Shown here: piece by piece, positions 27,590 through 40,092 of the stretch
How the letters are laid out: each line of letters starts with the position of its first letter
Position numbering within the stretch: position 1 is the stretch's first letter
Source: Ancylonema sp.
Taxonomy: Eukaryota
Reading direction: 5' to 3'
Assembly (NCBI GenBank): GCA_050230475.1
Contig: JBFLGF010000046.1
Span: forward strand, 1-64,000
DNA length: 64,000 bases
Notes under the pieces: model-generated
What the model was told of the DNA's origin: nothing
The model's database searches: none
What the model saw: only the letters and a program-made list of their open reading frames with translations
Program-made: the position numbers and the translations under genes

Positions 27590-28357
27590 CAAACTTGTGA
27601 AATATAGAACTATCATATGGAACGTTTAACAATGCCAAAATCCTTAATATTGCAATGTGAGCTACAAAAACCACGATGTAACATATTTTTATCTAAGACT
27701 TCTTTATCACCGTTCCGGCTTAATTGAATAATCTCTCTCACTCTCTTGGACCATTAACCTCAAGTGACAAAAACGAATCAATAGACGAATATGGCTCCCT
27801 CTAAGTCCAATTTCGTTTGCATAAAGTCAGTAAAATTTAGTAATCACGTCATCCACTAAGTCAAATTGAAGATGGATGAAACTAAAATATAAACACAAAA
27901 TAGGAAATAGAATCAATAGGAACAATGTTTATTGTAAACTATTATATCCCATACACTATATTTATATTTATTCATCATGCCTTCTCTTTTCACCTCTTCC
28001 CCTTTCTGGCATTAACCCGGGTATATTGTCTTGTGAATACGACTGTTAACACCATAAAATCTAATTTACAATCCGAAATAGTGTATGAGATATTGTATAT
28101 ATGGTTGTTCATACCGACACCTTTTTTCTTATTTTCAGACCACCAATCCTCTTTTGCGAAGTTGGTGCGATAGCGTAGTCCTTAAAAACAAATTTGTGAA
28201 ATATAGAACAATCATATGGAACGTTTAATGGTGACAAAAAATGCCGATAACCTTAATAGTGCTATGTGAGCCACGAAAGCCACGATGTAGCATACTTTCA
28301 TCTAGGACTTATTTATCACCGTTTTAGCCTAAATTTCCTGTCTCTCTCACACTCTCG
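27590..28357. repeat. Dispersed direct repeat of about 165 bp (27590-27745 and 28185-28357)
   Basis: Shared TTGTGAAATATAGAAC..TCATATGGAACGTTTAA...CCACGATGTA...TTTATCACCGTT...TCTCTCTCAC. Confidence 0.75.
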
Positions 28358-29051
28358 CACTGTAGGAATTATATCGGATAGCCATGATTGATAGTATGCT
28401 AGTCCGGGCTACTGGTTCGTGTAACCGGTAGTATTCCTATGGTGTACTTCTATTGAGGGGTCGGACCTGTGTCCGGGCACCCGATCATGACTTGACGATT
28501 CGATAGTGCCGTTCATGGCACGTGTTGTCACGATGGTTCCGCTTCTAAAAGACGTTGTGCAATGATTAGTTTCCTACTAGTCATGCCAAATTTTCCGGAA
28601 TGTGCCGTTGACATATCTGACTAGTGTATAGTTGTGATAGGCCGACGTTCACTAGATATGGCCGTCGGTACACTTTGCTGATTCTCGCTTTGTACGAGGC
28701 ATCGTGGTATTACCTATTCGATGCCGATCATTTTACTATCATTCCAACACACGAAAGTTGTCATTGATCGGCTCTCAGAGATGTAGTCAATCATACGGAA
28801 AGTTTAGTATACAATCTTGCTCACCAATTGCGTAATCAATCCAAAAGGTTATGGGCCCATTGGCGGTCTAGTTAAAGACGCTGTGTCAATAACTACAGGC
28901 TTCCACGCAATCCATTGCGAAGAGACTTTGAGCTGCGAGCTGTAAGCTGCGTTACACAAAACACGCTGAGAGAAGCTATTGATAAGCCTTGCAACTGCTC
29001 CCTACACTGTCGGAGAAAACCATGATTCCGGTATTTTAAATCCGACATTAT

Positions 29052-29344
29052 TCCGGATGGGATCGATAGGGTAAAGGGCCGTTGATAACTTAATGTATGT
29101 ACGTCATAACGTGGTTCATCGTCATGAAGCAATCAATGTCGATATCGATGAGTTTGTAATTGTAAAAGAAAGATCACCTAAAGAGACATGCCAGAAATGC
29201 CCTAACTCCTTGGAGTTAGGGCATATCTCCTTTACAAGTACAAATTCATCGATATCGACATTCATTGCTTCATGTCGGTGAACCACGTAAATACATCAAT
29301 TGATAACGTCGTCAACGGCCCTTTACCCTATCGATCCCATCTGG
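29052..29344. repeat. Fold-back inverted repeat of about 290 bp (probable foldback MITE)
   Basis: 33-bp near-perfect terminal arms, imperfect pairing through most of the length, and an internal perfect 13-bp stem at 29197-29224. Confidence 0.8.
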
Positions 29345-30270
29345 CACGTCACTGATAGAGTATGAGTAGTGCGTAGTATTAGCAAGTGAGTGTTGGAGAT
29401 ATCCGCATGCTTTCGACTTTTCGATTTCTCCATACTTCTCGGGATTTTGGAAGGTGTATCGTGGATTCATGAATGGAAACTCTATATTGTTTATCATGTT
29501 GGCTTGTGCATGGTGCATTTTTTTTATAAAGAAAATGAACACCTTAATTCTTCCCCGACATGCTTATTTCGTCCCCTAAATATGGGAAAAGGAAACCAAT
29601 GACATCGATTAGGCCGCTACCGGACCACGATTAAATCTTGGGCGACCGGGATCCTACCACATCTGTATGTTGAGCAATGAAACGAACAAAATCGATTTTA
29701 TGATGTTGACCCACTACGTTGGGTTTCGGAATTCGAAGGCGTGACCCAACCCTTAAAAGTGAATTATTTCATTCGAGCTGACCCATCCTTTCAATAATTA
29801 TTTGCGTGTCATCATGTATGACCAGTACGGTAATGCGTGCTAAAACACATGCATGACATCACCTTTTTCTTTACATCATACACATGTCCTCGAGTACACC
29901 TGTGACACTATTTCGAGTTGATGCGACACTAAAATATGAAATTCACTAGTTTTCTAGGCTCGAGTTTTGGATATTCATACTCGCTCCCTTGATGAATTAC
30001 ACATGTGACATGATGTTTTTTAGAAATGGTTCATTGGCCCCGCACAACATGACCGCTTTCTAGGATAGAGACACGGATCAGGTCGCTAGATTGATGGGAG
30101 GCGAGGGGGGGCAAGCCGGTTGAAGCCCTTCCTTGGCCATTTCAAAGAGTACTCCACTAAATAATTATTATATTTTAAACGTCGCAACCACAAGTGTTGC
30201 AACAACTATGGAGAGTTGCGCACCGCCAACGGTGCTACGAATATGAGGCTAGGAAAAAATAAGAAACAAT

Positions 30271-32040
30271 TTACTTGTGCCCTACTCCTCCTAAAAATGA
30301 CGTAGGGTTTGGACACAACCCTGAAATGGTGGCATCCGAGAAGTCGAATCCCGGATGCTGCAAACAAGCACGACAATTCAGAAGCCAATGGCATGACCAA
30401 CTCGTATTTTGCTCCTCTTCAAGTTCAATTTCAATGACGGCACTAAGAACCAAAAAAAAAAAAAAAAAAAAAAAATGGATATAATCTCTTTGCTTCGCAT
30501 GCATATGAAAGTATGGTGGCCAAAAAGTATCACTCACTACAATCAAACATGATGAGGGAATGAAGAACCCAATACTTGATTTAGTGAGCGAGAGGTAAAA
30601 GGTAAGACCAAATTTATTCATGAGACTTGTTTAACAACAGCTTGAGAACAAACACAATATCAAGTATGTTGGTTCACATACACTCAGACCTCGATATATA
30701 AGAAACTTTGTTATAAGTCAATCTTCGCTGTAAGAAACCATTTTGCAAATATTTACACTCAAAATGTGATACATATAAGGAACATTTGATATAAGAAACT
30801 TTTTGCACGATTTATGTAGGTTCCTTATATCGGGGTTTGAGTGTACCTCAGTTTGGAAGCGCTCCAACATGAGCCGTTCACTTTCTGCAACTCGATCAAG
30901 CTCTTGTATCTCATGACTACCGAGTGCCGCACTCCATGTAGCGGCTTTCACCCTCTTTTGCAGCGTCACGTGAAGAATCCCATCCTCTGTAAAGAAGGGA
31001 TTTGGAACACATATTTAGAGAGATCACAACCACACACCATTAGTGCAACAAAATGCCGAGAGCGAGAGATGGGAACAACAAATGTTTTCCACCTAGGTCA
31101 AAGAGATTTGATCATAACATTTCGAGTATAGTGCATCTAAGATTGACAAGTCTCAATCATTGATATATTGAGATGATTGCAAAGCAATCATCATGCTGCA
31201 TAATAAGGTACGGTTTCCTAATGCACGTTTTGTATCCTGATTATTTGTGATGTAGACGCAAGCGTATGGGAGCGCACAAGGGGCGATCGGATTCAATAGC
31301 TTCCGTACTTGTTTGTTGTTTTGACAATAAGGGTGGGGCGTACCAACGGTCCAAAAAGACTCTTCCAACTTTATCGCCCCACCAAGATCGTGCTGGAGAC
31401 AAGACAAGACCGAGCCCATCATTACTAGTAAGGGAAGGTGGGCAACCTGTTATCCACTAGGAGTGTGCGAAGATCTGCGAAGATCTGAATGTACAAGTCG
31501 CCCCCTCCCCCGTGCAGACTACCGCTTTTTCACAACAACCAGGGTATGGCAACTGCGAATGATAGACAAGTGCAGTGACATTTCCATGTTGAGATCCAGG
31601 TGAAGGTAACTCACGCTTAGGTATGGTGGATTGCCTTGCACTCCTAGCTCAATATGTTTATGCTCTAATTTAACAAAGAGTACTTTTGAGGGAAGCCCTT
31701 CGGGCAGAGGTATGTAAAGGTTGACCTCCTCTATATTTTGATCCCATTCGTATATAATCCTTCCTGCGGAAAGTTGCGCAGAGGGAAGCTGTGTCAGCCA
31801 TAGTCCTGTTTCTCACAGGGTTCAATGCATGCCATAATTGCCTGTGGGTATCATCTAATTTCTTGCAGAAGCTGATCAACGACTACTTGATAGTACTATT
31901 CGTCACCTGCACAGGGCGCAGGATGCAAAATTATATTCTGAAGAATCGGGCTACTGCGCAGGAAATCTTTAAGAACCCGTTGTGACTTCACCTTTTTGAT
32001 AGCAACGGAAACGCTTCTGCGGTGCGAGCTTATCTGACAT
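30271..32040 (-). CDS. NUDCD2: NudC domain-containing protein 2-like (CS/p23-domain co-chaperone), 157 aa
   Basis: Exons 32040-31992, 31763-31615, 31392-31344, 30986-30847 and 30357-30271 (474 nt). MSDKLAPQKR...YEWDQNIEEVNLYI...GVQGNPPYL...SFWTVEDGILHVTLQK...RLMLERFQTEHPGFDFS matches plant NUDCD2. Confidence 0.9.
30681..30843. mobile_element. TA-flanked MITE (family B) inserted in the last splice donor of NUDCD2
   Basis: TA|CACTCAGACCTCGATATA ... TTATATCGGGGTTTGAGTG|TA. Homologous to the right half of 21284-21617. Confidence 0.8.
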
Positions 32041-32602
32041 TGCGTCACAAAATCGCAGACACATTGCCAACGGCAGGCGTCACGCTCGCAGACATTCCCC
32101 AGCGCCGTGATTCCCCGCGGGAAAAGAAAATCGGCCTTCAAGAATGTCGAACTCTAAAATCTGACAGCGCCTGCAGTCGCGTTGGCAACTTGCAGCATTT
32201 CGCAGACCGTTGCCAGCTGCAGCCCGCTTCCGAGCCCGCCATCCGGGCTGCGTGTACAGGGAGACCGTACAGGTCTTCTCACGTGTGATCATTTTCCTTT
32301 TTTTCGATGACTCGATTGCGTGAACCAATCCGGTGCTGCCAGCATTCGATAGCACCGCGATGACATTTCGAAGGTCCAGCGATTGAAAATTCAAAACCTC
32401 AACGTAATGTGATGTGTGCTATGTGAAGGTCACGTCGCCCTGTAATTAACCCGTGGCGCTGGCGCTTGCTGTGTGATATACATACACACATTTATTTTTT
32501 CATGTTTTATATAAAAGAGTGAAGGCCTCTTCTGCGTTTGTTTCTGCTTCCCCTCCCTTTCTGTCCCATCACCAATACCTACCCCTTCCCATCTCAGCCT
32601 CC

Positions 32603-34767
32603 ATGGCCACCCAACGCCATGTTACTCTCCAACAGAGAGCTGCAGAGGGCGGTTTCTCAGAAGGGTCCGAGTCCGAAGTCCGTGCCTTTGTAGATAGTCA
32701 AGTGAAGCAGGAGGCGAAAAGTGTATTGAGGCAGCGGATGGAGGCTGTCTTGTGGCTGTGCGCGGGGGCGGTTATCCTTTGGTATGGAGACGGTAACCGG
32801 GACTTCATCTACGTTGTTTTACATGACCCGAAACTAATTCAGTAAGTGACCGGATCATGGCTCATACATTCCACCCTCTTAGATTTCTGCGTTTGGAAAC
32901 CTCTTTTATAAGGCCGAGTACTGAGTCTTTGACACGGTGGAAATTTGGCCTCATGCTTGGAAGGCTTCGAGAATGCGATGCTGGTGGTTCCTAGGGTGAA
33001 GCGAGGAAGAGGTCCTTTGAAGCTAAACGAACCAGTGGATTCGACCGGGATGTAGAAACCAACCCTAGTGTATTGCTTTCTATGTTTTGTGGATTACCTG
33101 CCCGTATTGCCTCGATCAAGAGAACTACGGTGAAGCCTCGATAGAAGATACCAGGAATAGCCTTTTGCAATAAATGCTTCTCAAATGTTTATCATATGTA
33201 ATTTTAAAAACCTCAATAAACGCCCGTTACTTGTCTTGCTGCACAACGATGGTTTGCTTCTTCTGCGACCATTTCACATCGGGGTGTACATCACAACTTT
33301 ATTGCACTCAATGTTTGCCACTCACGTGGACACTCAACTCCCATCACCATAGTATTACTCTTTCCGTCCCTCGCCATTGGATGCAACCTCCACACATACT
33401 CACCCCACATTAATCCTCACACGTGTGTCGTTCCAGGCAGCCCTTCTTGGTGGCCTGCCTCTGCTGTCTGGTGAACGCCTGTATATGGTTCTACTTGGGG
33501 GTGTGGCTGCGCCATGTGAGAAGAAGGGAGGAGAGTTTTGCCATGTTGGCGCCAGGGGCGATTGAGAGTGCCACGATGCTCGGATTCCTCGCTTTCGGAT
33601 TGTAAGCCATCAGATTTCAGATTCAGGGTTCAGCGTTCAGGGTTCCGGGAGGTTTCAAGGCTGATGGTTCAGCTTGCAGGGTCCAGGGGTTCCGGGTTCG
33701 AGTTCAGGGTCTGGACTTTCGGGTTCTCCTCGGTGGCTTTTCAGAGCGATTCTCCCAGGATTGTCCCAGAATCATGGAAATCTGATGCCTAAAATATGGA
33801 GCTGGCATTGTAGAGTTTGTGTGGAACCATGGATAACTGAATGAGAATTGCAAGTGGATTGGAATGTTGTTAACATATAGTGTCACTTCGTTGGTGACAT
33901 GGAAATCCCACATTTCTATCATTTTGTTGCTTTGTTTCTGGTGTCGTTGTCATAGGGTGTAAGAAATATATAAAATTAATGTTTTGGAAATGTCTTCCAA
34001 AACCTTTTCCGGATTTAACAATAATGGGGGTCATTGTGACAAGGTTTCACGAGAGTTTCTTCGCAAAGTGTACGAAAAAAGGAAACAAGGCAGTATACAT
34101 TTGAGGCACAAGATTGGTGGATATTTCATGAAGCACAAACTCGTTCGGGGATCTCATCATAAAATAAGTATATTCTGATCTTAGTGATATACACATAATT
34201 AATTTTAGACTTCGGGCTTCCGGTACTCTTGACATAAATAATCACCGATTGACTTTTGGTTGACTTTCGGTTGACTTCTGGTTTACTTTCGGTTGACTTT
34301 TGGTCGACTTATTGGATGTCCGTTCAGGTTTTCATATGCGATGTGGCCGATTTGGAACATATACATTGTGCCACGACTAGTAAGCCTTTCTTTCTTTTAT
34401 ATTTACATGTCATTTTGTTCTCATTCATTTTGCCCTAATTTTATTCATCTTTTGCAACCTTATGCACCATTTTCGTTCAAAAATCGTCAAGGTACCATTC
34501 TCAAGTCGTTGCATTGCGGACCTCTTGCACATTGACACGGTCTTTATCGCAATTTTGTTCAACAAGTCAGCATCTCATATGCATGGAAAAGCAATTATCA
34601 GAGTTGTGTGTTGCTCGTCCTTTGATGTTGGTCACACCTACACCATGCTTTGGCTTACTGTATTTCCGTTTGATCCCCTTGCTTGTATCCAGTACGTGCT
34701 CTTCATGGATTTGGTTGCCATCGCTCCCCTTCTCCCGCCTTACAAATGGAAGAGTCGGGTTGTGTAA
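32603..34767 (+). CDS. TMEM128-like multi-pass membrane protein, 176 aa
   Basis: Exons 32603-32841, 33437-33601, 34328-34379 and 34693-34767 (531 nt). Motifs EAVLWLCAGAVILWYGDGNRDFIYVVLHDP, LAPGAIESATMLG and FSYAMWPIW...YVLFM resemble plant TMEM128 homologues. Confidence 0.75.
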
Positions 34768-35550
34768 CGGAAGTGGCAAAGGGACGGAGTGAGAAGTTAC
34801 CTGAGGGGAGAAGGTCACGTGTTGTGCAATGATGTCGGTTGTGGAAAGATCACGAGGGAGCGACTTAAATAGATGACATGCCAACGAGTCAATCTCATCC
34901 CAATTCTGACTCCATATGAATCTCATGTTCGTGCTTCGAAATTGCCGGGTTTCTTGAGACACGTCATTGCTGCAAGCAAGCATTTGTATGTACAAGTCAA
35001 GGACCAAGTAAATGCCAACAAGTGTGTAGCTCCTAGAGTTTTTGTAGTTAGGATATGAGGGCTACACATTCGGTGTGATTTGTGAAAACATTGTGTTGTA
35101 TATGTGACCACGTACTTGAGTATCAACAATGCGAAGAATGATGCTTTGTATGTATCTTGATGCTCATGATCAAATATGATAGCAGCTCATATAAGACTGC
35201 ACGACCCAAAATACTACACAATCGAACAAACATCGTTGTGCCTCAAAAATGCTTGCTGTCGTTTTTTAGAAATTGCTTAGGACACTTTCGGATAGTTTTG
35301 ACTTGTGGTTCCACAAATTTATATTGAGAAAGAGGATAATATTTCCTACCAGTCTTGGACAAAAGACTATTTCAAATGGAGACGAGCCGCCCAACATGAA
35401 GGAGTTTTGGTTTGAAGTTTGAACCCAGCTTTCAACTGGTACATCTAGGAACATTTAGAATACTATCTAAACGAATACACATATAAATGGATCGAAGGAA
35501 CGACTCATCAATTGGACGAATGAGTGCTAAAAAGGTATTCAACGGAAGAT

Positions 35551-36811
35551 ACCGTACTCGGCACCGTAAATGATTTTTAATTAATTATTGAAACCCGAAA
35601 GTAATCATTTAAAGGGGCGAGTGGATATTGTTATTTCGGATTTGGTGGAGGGGCAGGATTTGGTGGAGGGGCATATTTTGGTGGATGTGGTCAGTGCTGA
35701 CCCCACGCGGCGGGACTTGGTGGATCGCGCGGCTTGTCGAGGGTTGGTGGCCGCAGAAGATGCAGAACGGCGCAAAGAAACTCACAATCGTGATCGGGAC
35801 CAAGTTCATCCCGTTTGCGTTAGAGACATACGGTGCGCTTTCCGATGCAAGCAATCGGTTATTGGTGGATTGTGCTCACCGTGCGGTGCAACTGACTGGG
35901 CGATCGGGGCGGAATGTTAGTTTATTAGGTACTTGGTTTCGGCAGAGAGTTTCTGTTGCCTTACAACGTTCTCTAGCACATGCAATCCATGCTAGGACGT
36001 TGCGATTGGAAGAGGGTATGTTACCTCCCCCCCCTCCGCGGGTGTTATTGTCGGGTCAGCAGAGTTAAGGATTGTTGCTCGGGTGTTTTAGGGTTGGGGT
36101 TGTTTTTTTTCTTCTGTTCCGTTATTAGGTTGGTACGATAACGTTGGTGTTGTACTCAGATGGGGTTCCCATCGTGCTTGAATAAAATGCGTCTTTCATT
36201 TAAATTAATTACTTAATTGTAGCAAAAAGATACTCAAAATCATTAATAAAACCCGTTCTAGGAATCATTTACGGGAAATTCGGGGTCACCTAGATGTGAC
36301 TCTAGATGTGATGAAACGGGGTACACGACAAAGTAAGCACGTGCAAAAGGACACTTTCTTGGACGAGCGACATTTACGATGTTAGAAACTACGTTCCGGG
36401 CTCTAAAGTTCCACGATGTGGGAAATATTACCGATTAGATGCGCTACACGACCATTTAAGACCATAAGACCATTCATAACGACAAAATTGTGGCCGGTCG
36501 AGATATCGCTACTAGTACAAGTGCTTGCCACGTGCACTTGTGACGTCAAAATGTACGGTAAATATGTAAGAATGACCCTGGTAAAGACATATCATTTGAT
36601 TTTTAATTCGTCAACAAGGAAATCTTTTTCGCTCTTTATTCCTACAATCCGGAATCATCCCCTTAAATAATTGATAATAACTAACGGATTCATGGAATCA
36701 TTACCAGGAATCATCGATAATAACTAACGGAATCCCGGGATCATTTTGAAAAATCATTACGAAAATAATTAATTTTGGAAAAGCAGAAATCATTTAGGGT
36801 GCCCCGAACGG
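35551..36811. mobile_element. CCGT-terminal Tc1/mariner-like MITE carrying a LINE insertion
   Basis: TA|CCGTACTCGGCACCGTAAATGATT ... AATCATTTAGGGTGCCCCGAACGG, with repeated AATCATT motifs. Confidence 0.7.
35614..36195 (+). mobile_element. 5'-truncated non-LTR retrotransposon, restriction-like-endonuclease (CRE-like) C-terminal fragment
   Basis: Frameshifted peptides RVDIVI...LVDVVSADP...AAEDAERRKE...KFIPFALETYGAL...FRQRVSVALQR. AATAAA at 36181. 9-bp TSD TCATTTAAA at 35605-35613 and 36196-36204. Confidence 0.75.
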
Positions 36812-37780
36812 TTATCACATTCACACTCTAAAAACTTAAACACCGATCCATCCATCCCTCCTCCCATTGTTTCTCACGGGTAGGTGACAAGACCCACATC
36901 TCCCCTACCAAGAATCCGTGCTCTCTTGTAGTTGTCGTACTCATAGTTGGTCCCTGAGCCGGCAATTTTGCGAGCCGGCTCGGAGCCGGACTCGCAAAAT
37001 CTTCAAGCGGAGCGGGACCCAAGGGCAAGGGGGGGGGAATTCAAAAAAAAATAAAAAATGACTTTGACCCTAAAATGGGTGTGTATAAAGGTTACCCACA
37101 AAGTTTTAAAAAATATTTAAAAGTAGCTTTCGACCAGAAGTTAAAAGTCGCCGTATAATGTGTACACGTCGGAATGCATTATACCATGTTATTTGTTGCA
37201 TTCTACGACATTTGACTTTGATATATGTGCTCGTGAGATGCTTATGCGGACTTGAATAACGAATATAAGAGCACACTACAACATAGGATGGCAAACAGTG
37301 TAATGGTCGAGTGAAATAAACTTTAGAGCGGTCTTGAGACAATAGATTCAAAACGTAGTCGGAATCCGTTCTATGGTCGCCGCATATTGTATATCGTTGG
37401 AAAGTATTATGATGATACCATCATCCCGAGAAATGACGTATGCGAATTTGTGATTAATATTATTCGCTATGTTCGGGACGCACAGCACAAGGGAGAATCT
37501 GTACATAGTCGCATTTCGATGTTTTGTTTTTTTCTAGATGGGTCGCGGCTACAAGCCGGCTCGGAGCCGGGCTCGCAAAATAAACCAAGTAAAGTCGTAC
37601 TCGTAAGTCACAATATTAAAATTTTCGACTTTATCTAAAAAAATGTCGATCGGAAATCGCCCTAACTGTTTGGTATTAAGATTTCACGACAGTCATTATT
37701 ACGCGAGAATGAACAAACAAGGCGAGGGAACACACTCGATATCTAACTGTGACAACAAATCGCGATCCCGCGTCAATCTA

Positions 37781-38286
37781 CCGTAGAGGCCAACTTTTAT
37801 ACCCCACTAATTAATTATGTGTGGCTGGAGCGGGGCAAGGAAATTAATTCAAGAATTTTAATTTTGGGGTAATAAGTAGGTTCGGTAATTCATGTTTTGG
37901 TACTCGTGGAGTACAATGATTCTACAATTTTGCCAGCCGGGGTAATAGCGGCGGCAAGCTCTAACTAACCGGGATTTTCGCTCGGATCACGATTCTGGGC
38001 GCATTTCCATTTTCGATACGCGGTTGTCAACTATTACAGACTTTATTGGAAATGTGGGCTATAATTGTGTCCATTTACGGTCCACAATCTATCAAGACCC
38101 GTTGCCAGGTTAGGGCAACGGGTTTTATCAAGTCGCTCGGGTGATGTAATTAATTACTAAAAACCTGGGCTGGGGTAAGGCCGTGGGGTAACGATGATTA
38201 ATTGTTTTTGGTTGGCGCAAGGGGGTGGGGCGTAATTAAAGATATATTTGGGAAAAGGGGCGGGGTATTAAAGTTGGCCGGAACGG
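37781..38286. mobile_element. CCGT-terminal Tc1/mariner-like MITE
   Basis: TA|CCGTAGAGGCCAACTTTTATACCCC ... GGGGTATTAAAGTTGGCCGGAACGG|TA. Confidence 0.8.
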
Positions 38287-39329
38287 TACTCGAATAATCG
38301 CATAGAGTATTCATAATATTACCAGCCAAAGAGAAAGCCAGAATCGAACAACAACGCATTCGCAAAATGCTACGTCGCCACTCTTTTATAAAGCTTACTC
38401 GGTATGCACTTTGGCGTAATGCACCCAGAGTGCTCGGACATTCGAATACGTACCAAAATTCCGACCTTTGGGTCCACGTGCCCACATGTCCTTTCCGTAT
38501 GCTATGATGTAATCCTGAACGTACATCTCCGTCCAATTGAAAGCATCCTGCACACAAAATTCCTAGCCGCAACCTTGATTGAAGATATTGTTGAACGGAT
38601 GATTCTCAGCAACTCCACCATCGGCGCTAAATTTCCGCCAATCAGAAGCTACCCATGTGGCACTCTTCGTCGGGACGTCCGCGAACCAGATGCCCGATGA
38701 ACCGAACCGAAGCTAAAAGTCAAACGGCTAGCTAAATCGACCCCGTTACCACTAAAGTGACTGAGTATTGATTGCATAATGAACAATTGATAACCAACAA
38801 ATAGCGAACAAATGCATATTCCGGCTCCCAGCCGCCTATCGCCCTACCGCAGGCCGCATGTTGGCGGCGTCAACCGGGTCATACGGACCTTAAGGTACGT
38901 GCCGCACGTGCGACCTATAATAGTTCCGATAAATTATTGAGTGATGGCCATAAGACTACTCCCAAACCGCGAAACAAAAAACCTGCAAAGTGTATTAATA
39001 ACGAGAATGAAAGCTTATTATATAAAATAAATTTCAAGTGTGGAAACCCAAATGGAGCCCATAAAATAATTTTGTAGTATGTGAACACGGCCCGTCCGCT
39101 CGTGTCTTGTAAATAAAAAAAAAACTCAAGTCGGAGTTTGAGTGTATGGATATTAGTCGGGTTGCAATCCTTTGATCCACCAATCATGAATGGGGCCCGA
39201 TTCTATAATGGAAGAGGACAAAAATGAATCCGGTTGGATCGGGGCCGACATAGGCCACATTATTTCATGAAATATAGATCCATGTGTGACCATGCTCGGT
39301 GCGGTCAAGTGGTTAATACAATTGGTCCA

Positions 39330-40092
39330 AATCTCCCGGACACAAATCGTCAAATTGTGAATTTGTGGTTTTCGTAATCATGCGTCATTCTCTCAAAGTC
39401 ATAGTGCAATTTCTCCCACAACTTGGCTGGATTTCGTCTACTGCTCTCTAAGCTAGATGCGATGTTATCACTCACAACCGACATGGTCAACATGGTTGAT
39501 TTCTTCTTCCGTTGATTGTAGCTCTTCCTCTCCCTAGAATGTTCGTTCAACTCATCTGCGTTTTCAAGATCGTCATGTAAGTCAAATTCTATTGTGACCA
39601 TAAATATACAAAAATAGCCGATTTTTTCGTACGGCATGCTTGGAACGTTACCTTGTCTTCATTTAGGCCCGTACACCGTGCTCTTATACCAATGTGAATA
39701 CTTGATTTTGCCATCGATGGTCAAATGTTCACTGCATCCCGAAGTGCATTCACAGTAAAAGCAACAACTTTGAGACGTGGTTTTTTTGTGAATACTATGC
39801 GGACGCGCCATGGCCTAAAGTACAACGGCTAGACTTTGGTGCCGCTAAAGTCGAACTACTAAACCTGAATGTTATCCACAAGTCGTCCAATCAAATTGAC
39901 ACATATTGGCACGTCATCGACGCATGGCTCAAAAATGTTGTCTACAACATATGCCGTATTAAAGTAGAAGTTTAAATCAATACAACAAAAATAGCAGTAG
40001 CCGAAACTCAAAATAACAATAAATGAATTCGTCACATCGACAAAGTCAAAAAAATCGATGAATCGACAAAACTCAAAATTTCCTAGCCAACA
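39330..40092 (-). mobile_element. Truncated Copia-like element: 5' LTR, PBS and gag remnant
   Basis: LTR 39693-40092 (TG...CA) resembles the LTRs of 51762-55276. PBS TGGTATAAGAGC at 39691-39680. Peptide SVVSDNIASSLE..RNPAKLWEKL resembles the gag at 54500-54682. Confidence 0.65.

Noticed and set aside
28361..28897. TGTAG...CTACA-bounded segment, possible solo LTR
   Set aside because: The flanks CGCAC and GGCTT do not form a TSD, and there is no PBS or PPT.
34592..34692. Longer in-frame final exon for the TMEM128-like gene
   Set aside because: Exon 34328-34379 plus the acceptor at 34693 gives the family-like WPIW...LFM motif and fits better.
36960..37600. Short GC palindromes (GCGAGCCGGCTCGGAGCCGG..CTCGC) occurring twice
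   Set aside because: Probably transposon subterminal motifs; element ends could not be defined.
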